From positions 65,152 through 129,151 of the forward strand of contig QCNO01000001.1 in assembly GCA_003213165.1 (NCBI GenBank): DNA of 64,000 nt. Direction: 5' to 3'. Position 1 is the stretch's first letter. Every line of letters starts with the position of its first letter. The notes beneath the pieces are model-generated. The model had not been told where the DNA came from and did no database searches. It saw only the letters and a list, made by a program, of their open reading frames with translations. Both the position numbers and the translations under genes were made by a program. Positions 7,655 through 17,591 of the stretch are shown here, one piece after another. This DNA is from OCS155 cluster bacterium AG-426-D23. GTDB lineage: Bacteria > Actinomycetota > Acidimicrobiia > Actinomarinales > Actinomarinaceae.

Positions 7655-8506
7655 ATGGAAAACTTACAGGGATTAATTGACTCGTCGGTTACTTTAAGAA
7701 CGATACCCCCAATGATTCCAGTGCTTTTTTACTTTTTAGGAACACAATCTTCTTTGGAAAGTATTCAGACTACTTTTAAAGACAGGAAAACATTGACATA
7801 TGCTTTATTATTTCAAATAATAACACTTCCAGCAATAGGTCTCATTCTTTCTCAAATTTTTAGTGATAGTATTTTTTCTTTATCAATAGCTGTAGTGCTT
7901 TTGGCTCCTGGAGGTTTTATTTCTGGTATTCTTACTCATTTTAAGGATGGCAATATTCCATTATCAGTAACACTCACTTCAATTACTTCACTTGTATCTC
8001 CTTTAACAACTGTTTTGTGGTTGAGTTTGATAAGCGTAAACTTAGATGATTTTAATTTCAATATTCTCCAGACATTTGTACAGCTAGCATTACTTATATT
8101 TGCTCCCTACATGACTGGCTTCTACCTAAATTATAAAGGAGTAAAAATAGTTAAAAAAACATCACCTTTTCTTGATAAGTTTTTAAAGATTTATATTTTA
8201 ACAATTACAATTACTGGACCATATGAACTTCGAGAACCGCTCATTAACTATTTTGGTGAAAGTATAATTTTGGTGTTTAGTTCTATTTTCTCAATATATG
8301 TTTTGCAAAACTTAACATCAAAATTAACCCAGATTAGTAGGGTCGATGATAGAACAGTGCTAATAGAGGCGCTTTGTCAAAACTTTCCAATTGTTTTGAC
8401 ATTATCAATTATCTTGAATATACCAGAAATGGCAATATTTGGAATTGTTTACTATTTAATGACATTAATTTTTGTTGTTCCATATTCATTAATCAAAACT
8501 AATTAA
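7655..8506 (+). CDS. Multi-pass membrane transporter, possibly of the bile acid:Na+ symporter (BASS/SBF-like) family
   Basis: 283 aa with ~8-9 hydrophobic helices. The LLAPGGFISGILT segment resembles the CPGG..S motif region of BASS proteins. The family assignment is tentative. Confidence 0.45.
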   Translation: MENLQGLIDSSVTLRTIPPMIPVLFYFLGTQSSLESIQTTFKDRKTLTYALLFQIITLPAIGLILSQIFSDSIFSLSIAVVLLAPGGFISGILTHFKDGNIPLSVTLTSITSLVSPLTTVLWLSLISVNLDDFNFNILQTFVQLALLIFAPYMTGFYLNYKGVKIVKKTSPFLDKFLKIYILTITITGPYELREPLINYFGESIILVFSSIFSIYVLQNLTSKLTQISRVDDRTVLIEALCQNFPIVLTLSIILNIPEMAIFGIVYYLMTLIFVVPYSLIKTN

Positions 8507-8616
8507 TTTTAAATCTTGTTGATTTAATAAATATATGTATATAATGAGAATGTCTTTCAGACAAATACAATTCACAAATCAATTCAAACAAATTTGATTT
8601 ATATATAGGAGAAAAT

Positions 8617-9963
8617 ATGTCCGCAAGATCACAGTTACAATCAAAACCAGTTGCAGACTTGAGGTCAATAGCTGAAAGTTTAGGTATTGAACATAAGGGA
8701 CTCCAAAAAGCAAAATTAATTGATCTACTAGTTGAACACAGTGATGATATTTTAGAGTCAATTGAAGAAGAGACACCGGAAGTTATTAGTGCATCTAAAG
8801 ATGATGATGCTCCTTCTGTTGTCAGTTCTGGAAGCAGCGAAATTAAAAAAGGTGAAATAAGAGAAGGTATCTTGGATACATTACCTGAGGGATATGGGTT
8901 TTTAAGATGTAATGGATATAAACCAAGTGAAGAAGATGTTTATGTCGCTGCTGGAGTTATTAAGAAATACAGAATGCGAAAGGGAGACTTAGTTAGCGGT
9001 CCAATTCGTGCACCTAGACAAAAAGAAAAGTATCCTGCATTAATTGAACCAAAAACAGTCAATGGTGCAGACCCAGAATTACTTGCCAGACGAGTAGACT
9101 TCAATAAATTAACACCATTGTTTCCAGATGAGAGATTAAAGCTAGAAATTGATGGAAGTCCACAGAAAATTCTTCCAAGAATTGTTGATTTAATCGCACC
9201 AATAGGGAAAGGTCAAAGAGGATTGATTGTTTCCCCTCCTAAAGCAGGTAAAACAACAATTTTGAAAGAAATTGCAAACTCAATTACTACAAACAATCCT
9301 GAAGTTTATTTGATGGTGGTACTTGTTGATGAAAGGCCTGAGGAAGTCACCGATATGCAGAGATCTGTTGATGGTGAAGTTGTATTTTCAACATTTGATA
9401 GACCACCAGATGAACATACACAGGTATCAAGATTAGCAATCGAAAGAGCTAAAAGACTAGTAGAAGAAGGAAAGGATGTTGTCATTTTACTTGATTCTAT
9501 TACTCGTCTTGCTCGTGCCCACAACTTAGCAACACCTGCGAGCGGTAGAATTTTATCAGGTGGTGTCGATTCGACAGCATTAACACCTCCAAAACAGTTC
9601 TTTGGTGCAGCAAGAAACATTGAAGGTGGAGGTAGTTTAACTATTCTTGGTACTGCCCTTGTTGAGACTGGTTCAAAAATGGATGAGGTTATCTTTGAGG
9701 AGTTTAAAGGAACTGGAAATATGGAGTTACGCCTCGATAGACAACTTGCAGATAAACGAGTTTTCCCAGCTATTGATGTCACTCCTTCAGGTACAAGAGA
9801 AGAGCAAAGACTTGTATCTCCAAAAGAACTCGAATCGTTATGGGCATTAAGAAGAGTTTTAGTTGCTCTTGAAGGCGGAGCCGCAACAGAGCTTTTAATT
9901 GATAAATTAAAAGAGACGAAGAGCAACGACGCTTTCTTAAAAGACGTAGCAAAAGCAAAATAA
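8617..9963 (+). CDS. rho: Transcription termination factor Rho
   Basis: Rho N-terminal domain (LRSIAESLGI), an RNA-binding CSD-like region (GYGFLR), Walker A GKGQRGLIVSPPKAGKTT and the hallmark RVFPAIDV...SGTR. AGGAG RBS upstream. Confidence 0.97.
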   Translation: MSARSQLQSKPVADLRSIAESLGIEHKGLQKAKLIDLLVEHSDDILESIEEETPEVISASKDDDAPSVVSSGSSEIKKGEIREGILDTLPEGYGFLRCNGYKPSEEDVYVAAGVIKKYRMRKGDLVSGPIRAPRQKEKYPALIEPKTVNGADPELLARRVDFNKLTPLFPDERLKLEIDGSPQKILPRIVDLIAPIGKGQRGLIVSPPKAGKTTILKEIANSITTNNPEVYLMVVLVDERPEEVTDMQRSVDGEVVFSTFDRPPDEHTQVSRLAIERAKRLVEEGKDVVILLDSITRLARAHNLATPASGRILSGGVDSTALTPPKQFFGAARNIEGGGSLTILGTALVETGSKMDEVIFEEFKGTGNMELRLDRQLADKRVFPAIDVTPSGTREEQRLVSPKELESLWALRRVLVALEGGAATELLIDKLKETKSNDAFLKDVAKAK

Positions 9964-10002
9964 TCATATAAAGTAGATTAGATATTATTGTAAAGTGGAA
10001 TT

Positions 10003-10296
10003 ATGAAACAAGGTATACACCCAGATTATAGAGAAGTTGTTTTTCAGGATGAAGATGCGGGTTTCGCATTCCTTACTCGTTCAACTATAAAAACAAATGA
10101 AACTATTCAATGGGAAGATGGAAATGAATATCCATTAGTTAAACTAGAAATCTCTAGTGCAAGCCATCCTTTCTTTACAGGAAAACAAAAACTTGTTGAC
10201 TCTACAGGAAGAGTTGAAAGATTTAAACAACGTTACGGATCTACCAGTACAAGACAAGCCCCTAAAGCTGAAGTATCTTCTCAAGAAGAAGAATAA
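10003..10296 (+). CDS. rpmE: 50S ribosomal protein L31, type B (zinc-independent form)
   Basis: MKQGIHPDY...[13 protein letters not shown]...RFKQRYG. The CxxC pairs of type A L31 are absent. Canonical rho-rpmE-prfA position. Confidence 0.92.
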   Translation: MKQGIHPDYREVVFQDEDAGFAFLTRSTIKTNETIQWEDGNEYPLVKLEISSASHPFFTGKQKLVDSTGRVERFKQRYGSTSTRQAPKAEVSSQEEE

Positions 10297-10317
10297 CTTA
10301 GCTTTTCTTAATTTATT

Positions 10318-11232
10318 ATGTCTGATATTAATATTTCTTATGGTGGCCAAGCAGTAATTGGCGGTGTTCTTATACAAAGTCCAAAAGGTTGGTCTCTAGG
10401 TATTAGAGATAAAGATGACAATCTACACAGATATTATGAGCCAAGGATTCCTCTAGTGCAAAGAAATAAATTTTGGTCATCTCCATTTATAAGAGGCTTT
10501 GGAGCTCTAATTGATTCAATGTATGTTGGGTTTAAGGCAATTACATTATCGGAAAAAATTTATTTTAAATTTGAAGATGAGGAGGAAAGTTTATTGTCAA
10601 AGGTTGTTACCTATTCTGTATTAATCGCAGTTCTTTTACTTTTTATTGCTGGTCCAAGATTGCTCGTTGAAATGATAAATTATCCCCAGATTGGTACAGG
10701 TCTAATTGAGGGAATATTTCGAGGAGTAATAGTAATAATATATGTTTATTTAATTGGTAGAACAAAGGACGCTCAAGAACTTTTTGAATACCACGGGGCA
10801 GAGCATATGACTATTGCTTCTTATGAAGACCAGCAATCACTTGAGTTTGACAATGTCATGAAATACCCAAAAGAGCATGTTAGATGTGGTACATCCTTCC
10901 TTTTTTTGATAGTTCTCATTAGCCTTCTTACCTTACCCTTTATTCCAAATTTAGACATTTTAATGACAACAGTTACAAGACTTTTACATGTTGTACTTGT
11001 CTCTATGATTTCTTATGAGGTGCTTAAATTTAACTTTAAAAACTCGGACTCAATTATTGCCAAAATATTTGCTACTCCTGGTATTTGGGTACAAAAAATA
11101 ACAACTAAAAATCCATCAAAAGAACAAATAGAAGTCGCAATTTTATCAATGGCTAATTGTATTACTCATTCAGAAAATACAAATCGATTCGATAAAATTC
11201 TTCAAAACACAAGTGAGGTCAAAATTGGATAA
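10318..11232 (+). CDS. DUF1385 (YqhQ-like) membrane protein
   Basis: ISYGGQAV.GGV ... YHGAEH signature followed by hydrophobic C-terminal helices. It sits in the conserved position between rpmE and prfA. Confidence 0.8.
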   Translation: MSDINISYGGQAVIGGVLIQSPKGWSLGIRDKDDNLHRYYEPRIPLVQRNKFWSSPFIRGFGALIDSMYVGFKAITLSEKIYFKFEDEEESLLSKVVTYSVLIAVLLLFIAGPRLLVEMINYPQIGTGLIEGIFRGVIVIIYVYLIGRTKDAQELFEYHGAEHMTIASYEDQQSLEFDNVMKYPKEHVRCGTSFLFLIVLISLLTLPFIPNLDILMTTVTRLLHVVLVSMISYEVLKFNFKNSDSIIAKIFATPGIWVQKITTKNPSKEQIEVAILSMANCITHSENTNRFDKILQNTSEVKIG

Positions 11233-12307
11233 TTCACTTCATGAAAAATTAATTGCAATTGAAGCTTCACTACCTGAAATAGAAAAACAATTGTCTGAAA
11301 TGGATATCTCTAGTGATCAAAAAGCCTACGCAGAAATGGCAAAAAAACATAGTGATGTATCTGCAATTGTTGAATTATTTGGAGAATGGAAAGAAATAAA
11401 TCTTGAAATAGCTGATGCTGAAGAATTATTTCAATCAGAATCTGATGAAGAAATGAAGTCTGAGTTTGAAGAAATAATTTCTGAGAATAAATTAAAGCTT
11501 GATCCCTTAGTACAAAAAATAAAAATTTCACTTCTTCCCAAAGACCCATCAGATGATAAAGATGTCCTTGTAGAAATAAGGCCTGGAGCAGGAGGGGAGG
11601 AAGCAGCTATATGGGTAGGTGACCTCTATAAAATGTATACAAGATTTGCAGAAAGAAGTTCATGGAAGGTAGAGCCAATAGAAATAACTGACTCTGATAT
11701 GGGCGGCTATAGCAAAATTATTTTTGCCATAAAATCTAAAGGAGTTTATTCGAAGCTTAAATTTGAGGCCGGAGCACATCGAGTACAAAGGGTACCCAAA
11801 ACAGAATCGCAAGGTAGAGTCCATACTTCTATTGCTACCGTAGCAGTTCTACCAGAAGCCGAAGAAGTTGACATAAATATAGATCAAAATGACTTAAAAG
11901 TGGATGTTTACAGGTCTAGTGGACCAGGAGGACAAAGTGTAAATACTACTGACTCAGCTGTAAGAATTACTCATATTCCAACTGGGTTAGTCGTTTCCTG
12001 TCAAGATGAAAAATCCCAACTACAAAATAAAGAAAAAGCTATGCGAATTTTAAGAGCACGTCTTTTAAAGGCTGAGCAGGAAAAAGCAGCAGCCGAAAGA
12101 GCCAAAGATAGAAAAGAACAAGTGGGTTCTGGAGAGAGATCAGATAAAATAAGAACTTACAATTACAAAGACAATAGAGTTTCAGACCACAGAATTAATT
12201 TAACACTTAAAAAATTAGATCAGGTTCTTGACGGAGATTTAGATGAATTCATAGATGCATTGGTTTCTGACAATGAGGCATCAAGACTTGCAAACCTTGA
12301 TGAATAA
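11213..12307 (+). CDS. prfA: Peptide chain release factor 1
   Basis: GGQ motif (SGPGGQSVNTTDSAVRITHIPTG), a PxT tripeptide region (RVPKTESQGRVHTS) and an RF1-like length. Confidence 0.96.
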   Translation: MRSKLDNSLHEKLIAIEASLPEIEKQLSEMDISSDQKAYAEMAKKHSDVSAIVELFGEWKEINLEIADAEELFQSESDEEMKSEFEEIISENKLKLDPLVQKIKISLLPKDPSDDKDVLVEIRPGAGGEEAAIWVGDLYKMYTRFAERSSWKVEPIEITDSDMGGYSKIIFAIKSKGVYSKLKFEAGAHRVQRVPKTESQGRVHTSIATVAVLPEAEEVDINIDQNDLKVDVYRSSGPGGQSVNTTDSAVRITHIPTGLVVSCQDEKSQLQNKEKAMRILRARLLKAEQEKAAAERAKDRKEQVGSGERSDKIRTYNYKDNRVSDHRINLTLKKLDQVLDGDLDEFIDALVSDNEASRLANLDE

Positions 12308-13056
12308 TGGGAATTCAAAATATTCCTGAACACGAATTAGCAAGATTGCGTGAAAAAGCCAAAGAGATTACAGGCTCTCAGTTTGATTATCAGTCATCTT
12401 ACACTGAGTTACTTTCAAGAAGACTAAATGGTGAACCATTGCAATACATTGAAGAGTATGTTCCTTTTTATTCAATACAAATTAATGTTGATCAGCGGTG
12501 TTTGATACCTAGACCTGAAACTGAATATATGATTGAAATTATTAAAAATAATATAAGTGCACCAAAAAAAATCTTAGATGTTGGCACCGGATCTGGATGT
12601 ATAGCACTCATGATGAAAAAACTATTTCCTGACTCAGAAGTGCATGCAGTAGATATATCTAATGATGCTATAACTTTGGCAAAAGAAAATGCCGAGATTA
12701 ACAATCTTGAAGTGAATTTTTATCAGTCAGATCTTTTAACCAATGTAGAAAAATTAGATTTTGATCTTATTGTTGCTAACCTTCCTTATATTCCTACAAG
12801 CAATCTCCCAACACTACAAAAAGAAGTCATAGATTATGAACCATTAATCGCTCTTGATGGTGGAGAAGATGGGCTGCTTTATATAAATAAATTATTAGAT
12901 AATCTAAAAAACACTAATTCAAATGAGTTAGTCCTAGTACTTGAAGTAGACATATCTCATGCCCAATCTTTACGAGATTCAATTACTGATTGGAAAGATG
13001 TAAAATTAGAGAAAGACTTAGTTGAAAGAGACAGATACATTGTTGCAAGAAAATAA
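12307..13056 (+). CDS. prmC: Release factor glutamine N5-methyltransferase (PrmC/HemK)
   Basis: SAM-binding motif LDVGTGSGCIA. The catalytic-motif position reads ANLPYIP, a variant of NPPY. Directly follows prfA with an ATAATG junction. Confidence 0.88.
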   Translation: MGIQNIPEHELARLREKAKEITGSQFDYQSSYTELLSRRLNGEPLQYIEEYVPFYSIQINVDQRCLIPRPETEYMIEIIKNNISAPKKILDVGTGSGCIALMMKKLFPDSEVHAVDISNDAITLAKENAEINNLEVNFYQSDLLTNVEKLDFDLIVANLPYIPTSNLPTLQKEVIDYEPLIALDGGEDGLLYINKLLDNLKNTNSNELVLVLEVDISHAQSLRDSITDWKDVKLEKDLVERDRYIVARK

Positions 13057-13624
13057 TTTGGAATCAGCAATTAATGCCATCAAAAATGGGGAAGTCATTG
13101 GTATTCCTACTGAAACAGTTTATGGGATAGGTGTTGATCCCTATTCACAAACTGCAGTAGATAAAATATTCTCTTTAAAAGAAAGAAGTGACACAAAACC
13201 TTTATCGATTCTTATTAGTTCATTTTATGAAATACAAAAACTAAACCTTGTGACAACTATCCCTGATGTTGTGGAATTATATTGGCCTGGACCATTAACT
13301 ATTATTGTTGAAACTTCCAACAATTTTGCAAATGGGGTTGGAACTAAAGAACCTAGCTCAATTGGAGTAAGGGTGCCAGAAAATGAACTAGCAATCAACC
13401 TTCTTAAATTGACCGGACCTCTCGCTGTAACAAGCGCAAATATTTCTGGTGAAGAGGAGATTACAAGCGATAAACAAGCAAAAGACATATTTGGAGATAA
13501 AATTTCTTATTACTTATCTGGTGAGTCTCTTCATGGAAATGGTTCAACTGTTGTTGATCTTAGAGTTGATGGTGGAGAGGTTTTAAGGCAAGGCCCACTT
13601 AAATGGCCTCCAAGTTACTGTTAG
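13022..13624 (+). CDS. tsaC: L-threonylcarbamoyladenylate synthase (YrdC-domain, TsaC/Sua5 family)
   Basis: IGIPTETVYGIG ... SIGVRVP ... LAVTSAN signatures. The true start may be the in-frame TTG at 13058, just after the prmC stop. Confidence 0.88.
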   Translation: MKETDTLLQENNLESAINAIKNGEVIGIPTETVYGIGVDPYSQTAVDKIFSLKERSDTKPLSILISSFYEIQKLNLVTTIPDVVELYWPGPLTIIVETSNNFANGVGTKEPSSIGVRVPENELAINLLKLTGPLAVTSANISGEEEITSDKQAKDIFGDKISYYLSGESLHGNGSTVVDLRVDGGEVLRQGPLKWPPSYC

Positions 13625-13633
13625 GATATATAT

Positions 13634-14896
13634 ATGACACAAAACGGAGCATCTCAAGAATCTTTATCTTCTGTAGACAAAGAGGTAGCTGGATTAATTG
13701 ATTCCGATCTTGGCCGTCAAAATTCACACATACACTTAATAGCTTCTGAAAACTTTGCGTCAAAGGCTGTCATGGAGGCTTCCGGCTCAATTCTAACTAA
13801 TAAATATTCAGAGGGATTTCCCGGAAGAAGGTATTACGAGGGATGTGAAATTATTGATGAAATTGAGCAATTAGCTATTGATAGAGCATGTGAGCTATTT
13901 GAATCAGATCATGCTAATGTCCAGCCCCATTCCGGATCTTCTGCCAACATGGCAGTGTACCTATCTCTACTTGAACCAGGCGATACCGTTTTAGGTATGT
14001 CACTGGATCAAGGTGGTCACTTGACTCATGGTTCACCAGTAAATTTTTCAGGTAGAGTTTATAACTTTATTGGGTACGGACTGGATAAAGACACAGAGCT
14101 CATCGACATGGAAGAAGTCTACAGAATGGCAGTGGAGAATAAACCGAAACTGATAATTGCAGGATATTCTTCATATTCACAATCTCTAGATTATAAGAGG
14201 TTTAGGGAGATAGCTGATGAGGTAGGGGCATATCTGCTTGTAGATGCAGCTCATTTTATAGGACTTGTTGCAGGAAAAGTTGTTGAAAATCCAACAAAAT
14301 ATGCTCATGTAGTAACTGCGACTACACACAAAGCATTAAGAGGTCCAAGGGGTGGACTTATTTTGTGTAAAGAAGAATTAGCAAAAACTATAGATAAAAA
14401 TATTTTCCCAGGTGCTCAGGGAGGGCCACTAAACAATCAAATAGCTGCTAAAGCAGTTTGTTTTAAAGAGGCCATGACAGAAGATTACAAAAGCTATGCT
14501 CAACAAATTTTAAACAACGCAGTAGCATTAGCCGAATCATTTATTGGCGAAGGATTAAGAGTAGTAAGTGGTGGAACGGAGAATCATATTGTTCTAGTTG
14601 ACACTAGAAGTGTTGATGATGAATTGACTGGAAAAGATGCCGGTATTTTATTAAATAACAAAGGAATAACCTTAAATCGAAATGCTATTCCTTTTGACCC
14701 AAGGTCACCTTTCATTACTTCAGGAATCCGAATGGGTACACCTGCTGTCACAACCTGTGGAATGGCTGAAAAAGAAATGATTGAAGTTGGCTATCTTATT
14801 TCTGAAATTTTAAAGTCAAGAAATGATGATAAAAAACTCAATGAACTTGAAACAAAAGTTCGAGATATTGCAAAAGAATTTCAACCTTATGGCTAA
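13634..14896 (+). CDS. glyA: Serine hydroxymethyltransferase
   Basis: [18 protein letters not shown] and the PLP-lysine context [16 protein letters not shown]. Confidence 0.97.
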   Translation: MTQNGASQESLSSVDKEVAGLIDSDLGRQNSHIHLIASENFASKAVMEASGSILTNKYSEGFPGRRYYEGCEIIDEIEQLAIDRACELFESDHANVQPHSGSSANMAVYLSLLEPGDTVLGMSLDQGGHLTHGSPVNFSGRVYNFIGYGLDKDTELIDMEEVYRMAVENKPKLIIAGYSSYSQSLDYKRFREIADEVGAYLLVDAAHFIGLVAGKVVENPTKYAHVVTATTHKALRGPRGGLILCKEELAKTIDKNIFPGAQGGPLNNQIAAKAVCFKEAMTEDYKSYAQQILNNAVALAESFIGEGLRVVSGGTENHIVLVDTRSVDDELTGKDAGILLNNKGITLNRNAIPFDPRSPFITSGIRMGTPAVTTCGMAEKEMIEVGYLISEILKSRNDDKKLNELETKVRDIAKEFQPYG

Positions 14897-15104
14897 GTCT
14901 AAATTAAGCCTTCAAGAATTTGGTCCTGTATCATCTTTTTCAACATCTATATTAAGTGGTTTGATGATTGGTCTTGCTATCCAGTACTTTATAGGATATG
15001 AACCATTTCCTGTAGTGATATTCGTGTTGGTTGGAATATATGATGGATACAGGAGAATGTGGAAAATATCAAAAAAGATGGAAGGTGAAGATATTGAACG
15101 TTGA
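14889..15104 (+). CDS. AtpZ/AtpI-family small membrane protein (putative F0F1-associated subunit)
   Basis: 71 aa with two hydrophobic helices. The ATG at 14889 overlaps the glyA stop. The longer ORF-track start at 14823 lies inside glyA and is less likely. Confidence 0.6.
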   Translation: MAKSKLSLQEFGPVSSFSTSILSGLMIGLAIQYFIGYEPFPVVIFVLVGIYDGYRRMWKISKKMEGEDIER

Positions 15105-15123
15105 GATTGAGATAGCTAAAAGA

Positions 15124-15498
15124 ATGCTTTTGAGATCTTCCCCTATATATGTGCTTACACCTATCGTATTTTTGCTGAGATCACAAGAGGCCTTTTTCTC
15201 TTCATTATTCTCCTCTTTAATAGTAGCTACTGGTTTTTTTCTTGGAGCAGTAATCATGTCTTATGCGGCAAAAATTTCTCTTAATTTTTATTATTTTGCC
15301 GCTTTATTTGGCTATGTTTTTAGATTAATTTTTATATTTGGGTTTCTCTTATTACTAAAAAGTGTATATTCTGTTGATAATTTGGCAATGTCTTTGACAG
15401 TGCCAATTGTCTTTTTAGCTATGTTATTCATAGAGATGACTATGGTTATTAAGAGAAAAGACACAGATTTAGATTGGGCAAATGATAACAGCAGCTGA
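15124..15498 (+). CDS. atpI: ATP synthase protein I-like membrane protein
   Basis: 124 aa with 4 hydrophobic helices, immediately upstream of atpB. The ORF-track start at 15031 would overlap the preceding gene by 74 nt, so I prefer the ATG at 15124. Confidence 0.55.
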   Translation: MLLRSSPIYVLTPIVFLLRSQEAFFSSLFSSLIVATGFFLGAVIMSYAAKISLNFYYFAALFGYVFRLIFIFGFLLLLKSVYSVDNLAMSLTVPIVFLAMLFIEMTMVIKRKDTDLDWANDNSS

Positions 15499-16288
15499 AA
15501 CTTGTGATTTTGTAAATCAAGTTGTTTGCAAACCTGCAAACGTAAAAGAGTTATTCGAGTTCACAAATTTTGCAGGTACTCAGATTTCGAGAACTGAAGT
15601 ACTGATTCTTTTGGCAGCAATTATCCCAGTCGTAGTTGTATTTTTTGGATTAAGAAAAAAATCTGTTGTACCAGGCAAATTACAGTCAGCAGTTGAGTCT
15701 ATTTTTTCATTTGTTAAAGATGAGATCGCTCTTGGTGTAATTGGAAGAGGTGGTGAAAAATTTACTCCCTACCTAGTTTCAATTTTTCTTTTTATTCTTG
15801 TTGGTAATCTTTTTGAGGTAGCTCCATTAATAAACTTTCCAGTCACTTCTCGCATGGCTCTTCCATTGTTCTTAAGTCTGATTACATATTTTATTTTTGT
15901 TTTTGTAGGAATAAGAGAAGAAGGTTTTGGCTACATATCGCATTTAGTTTGGCCACCTGGTGTTCCAGTTGCCCTAAAACCTCTAGTTGGAATCATTGAA
16001 CTCGTTTCGGTTTTACTTGTAAGACCATTTAGTTTAGCGGTCCGACTTTTTGCAAACTTGGTCGCAGGTCATGTTATGTTGAGTTTGTTATTGGCATCTG
16101 CGTATTTTTTCATTGTTCAACCAGGTGGTGCAGATTATATTCTGTCTAAAGCACCTGTAGGACTAGCTTGGTTCACCCTTGGTTTAGGAATTTATGGTTT
16201 CGAATTAATTGTTTCGATTTTGCAGGCATACATTTTTACATTGTTGTCTGCAGTGTATATACAAACGTCTCTGCACCCAGAGCATTAA
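15482..16288 (+). CDS. atpB: F0F1 ATP synthase subunit a
   Basis: Conserved LAVRLFANL.AGH arginine-containing helix; polytopic membrane protein. Confidence 0.95.
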   Translation: MITAAETCDFVNQVVCKPANVKELFEFTNFAGTQISRTEVLILLAAIIPVVVVFFGLRKKSVVPGKLQSAVESIFSFVKDEIALGVIGRGGEKFTPYLVSIFLFILVGNLFEVAPLINFPVTSRMALPLFLSLITYFIFVFVGIREEGFGYISHLVWPPGVPVALKPLVGIIELVSVLLVRPFSLAVRLFANLVAGHVMLSLLLASAYFFIVQPGGADYILSKAPVGLAWFTLGLGIYGFELIVSILQAYIFTLLSAVYIQTSLHPEH

Positions 16289-16507
<219 letters not shown>

Positions 16508-16523
16508 GAGCAAAAGAGTGAAC

Positions 16524-17054
16524 ATGAATTTAGAAATTTTATTAGCTGAAGCTGAAGAATCAGGATCAGGAATAGATCTTCTTCTTCCAGCAACGTCAGA
16601 GTTAGTTGCTGGTGTTGCGGCTTTTGCAATTGTATTTTTCTTTATTTGGAAATGGGCACTTCCTGCATTAAATGAAACTCTTGAAAATAGAGCTTCTGCA
16701 ATAGAAGGTCAAATAAAAGAGGCTGAAGAGACTAAAGCTGAAGCAGAGAAATCAAAGTCAGAATATGATGAACTGGTTTCAAATGCTGATGCAGAGGTTC
16801 AGAAAATCATAGATGAAGGTAAAGCTGCTGCTGAAAAAATAAAAGAAGACATGATTGCTGAAGCAAAAAAAGAAGCAGATTCAATTGTTGAAAAAGCAAA
16901 ATCTGATTCAGAAGCTGAAAAAGAAAGAGTGTCAACAGAGCTTAAGAGTGAAGTTGCAGATCTTTCATTAGAAATATCTCAAAAAGTTGCATCTTCAATG
17001 ACTAAAAAAGATCAACAAAAATTGATTGATAAATTTATCAAGGATATGGGGTAA
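16524..17054 (+). CDS. atpF: F0F1 ATP synthase subunit b
   Basis: Single N-terminal TM helix followed by a long charged coiled coil (AEA/KAE-rich). The ATG at 16524 is preferred over the ORF-track start at 16479, which overlaps atpE. Confidence 0.9.
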   Translation: MNLEILLAEAEESGSGIDLLLPATSELVAGVAAFAIVFFFIWKWALPALNETLENRASAIEGQIKEAEETKAEAEKSKSEYDELVSNADAEVQKIIDEGKAAAEKIKEDMIAEAKKEADSIVEKAKSDSEAEKERVSTELKSEVADLSLEISQKVASSMTKKDQQKLIDKFIKDMG

Positions 17055-17062
17055 TTAGCAAG

Positions 17063-17590
17063 ATGTCAGTAGAGTCTTTCTCAAAAGGTTTAGTTGAAAT
17101 AATCTCATCATCTGATGAATCAGAAAGAGTTGAAAACGAAATCCTCCAAGTTTTCAAATCATTGTCTGATAGTTCTGAAGCATTAGATGTATTTAGAAAT
17201 TTCGGTATACCTGTTGAAAAAAAGATTGAAGCTGTACAAAAGCTATTAAGCACAAGAGTTCTACCGTTAACTGTAGACCTTGTAACCCTGACAATATCTC
17301 AAGGATATGCAGATAATTTGATTGATATTGAATCAAATGTTGCAAATTTTATAGCCAACAAAAGAGGCGCATCTGTAGCAAAAGTAGTTACAGCGATTGA
17401 GCTTGATACAAAGACTCAAAAAGCGCTGCAAAAAGCCATAAAAGCAAAGTTAGGAACTGATGTTGAGCTCAGTGTCGAAGTAGATCCAGATGTTATTGGC
17501 GGAATAAGTGTAAGTGTAGGAGAGAGAACTTTTGATAGTCTTCTCTCATCAAAGTTTTCAGAAATTAAAACTGTATTAGAAGGTAGGTAG
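17063..17590 (+). CDS. atpH: F0F1 ATP synthase subunit delta
   Basis: OSCP-like, 175 aa, with C-terminal V.VDP..IGG..V..G....D.S. Lies between atpF and atpA. Confidence 0.9.
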   Translation: MSVESFSKGLVEIISSSDESERVENEILQVFKSLSDSSEALDVFRNFGIPVEKKIEAVQKLLSTRVLPLTVDLVTLTISQGYADNLIDIESNVANFIANKRGASVAKVVTAIELDTKTQKALQKAIKAKLGTDVELSVEVDPDVIGGISVSVGERTFDSLLSSKFSEIKTVLEGR

Positions 17591-17591
17591 A

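Noticed and set aside
1-8500. The left-end accessory block as a prophage or mobile element
   Set aside because: It has no integrase, transposase, phage structural genes or flanking direct or inverted repeats. The tRNA cluster is at the opposite end of the window. The composition looks the same as the core.
8519-8545. Sigma-70-like promoter (TTGATT ... TATAAT) upstream of rho
   Set aside because: The spacer is only ~15 nt, and in this AT-rich DNA hexamers like these occur by chance in nearly every intergenic region. There is not enough support to report it as a feature.
9306-9926. 206-aa minus-strand ORF opposite rho
   Set aside because: It lies entirely within the highly conserved Rho ATPase domain coding region. 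The Ser/Thr-rich nonsense-like product is typical of an antisense shadow.
14823-15123. Longer ORF-track starts for the two small genes preceding atpB (14823 and 15031)
   Set aside because: Both would overlap the upstream gene by 74 nt. The internal ATGs at 14889 and 15124 give products of typical AtpZ and AtpI size and compact junctions.
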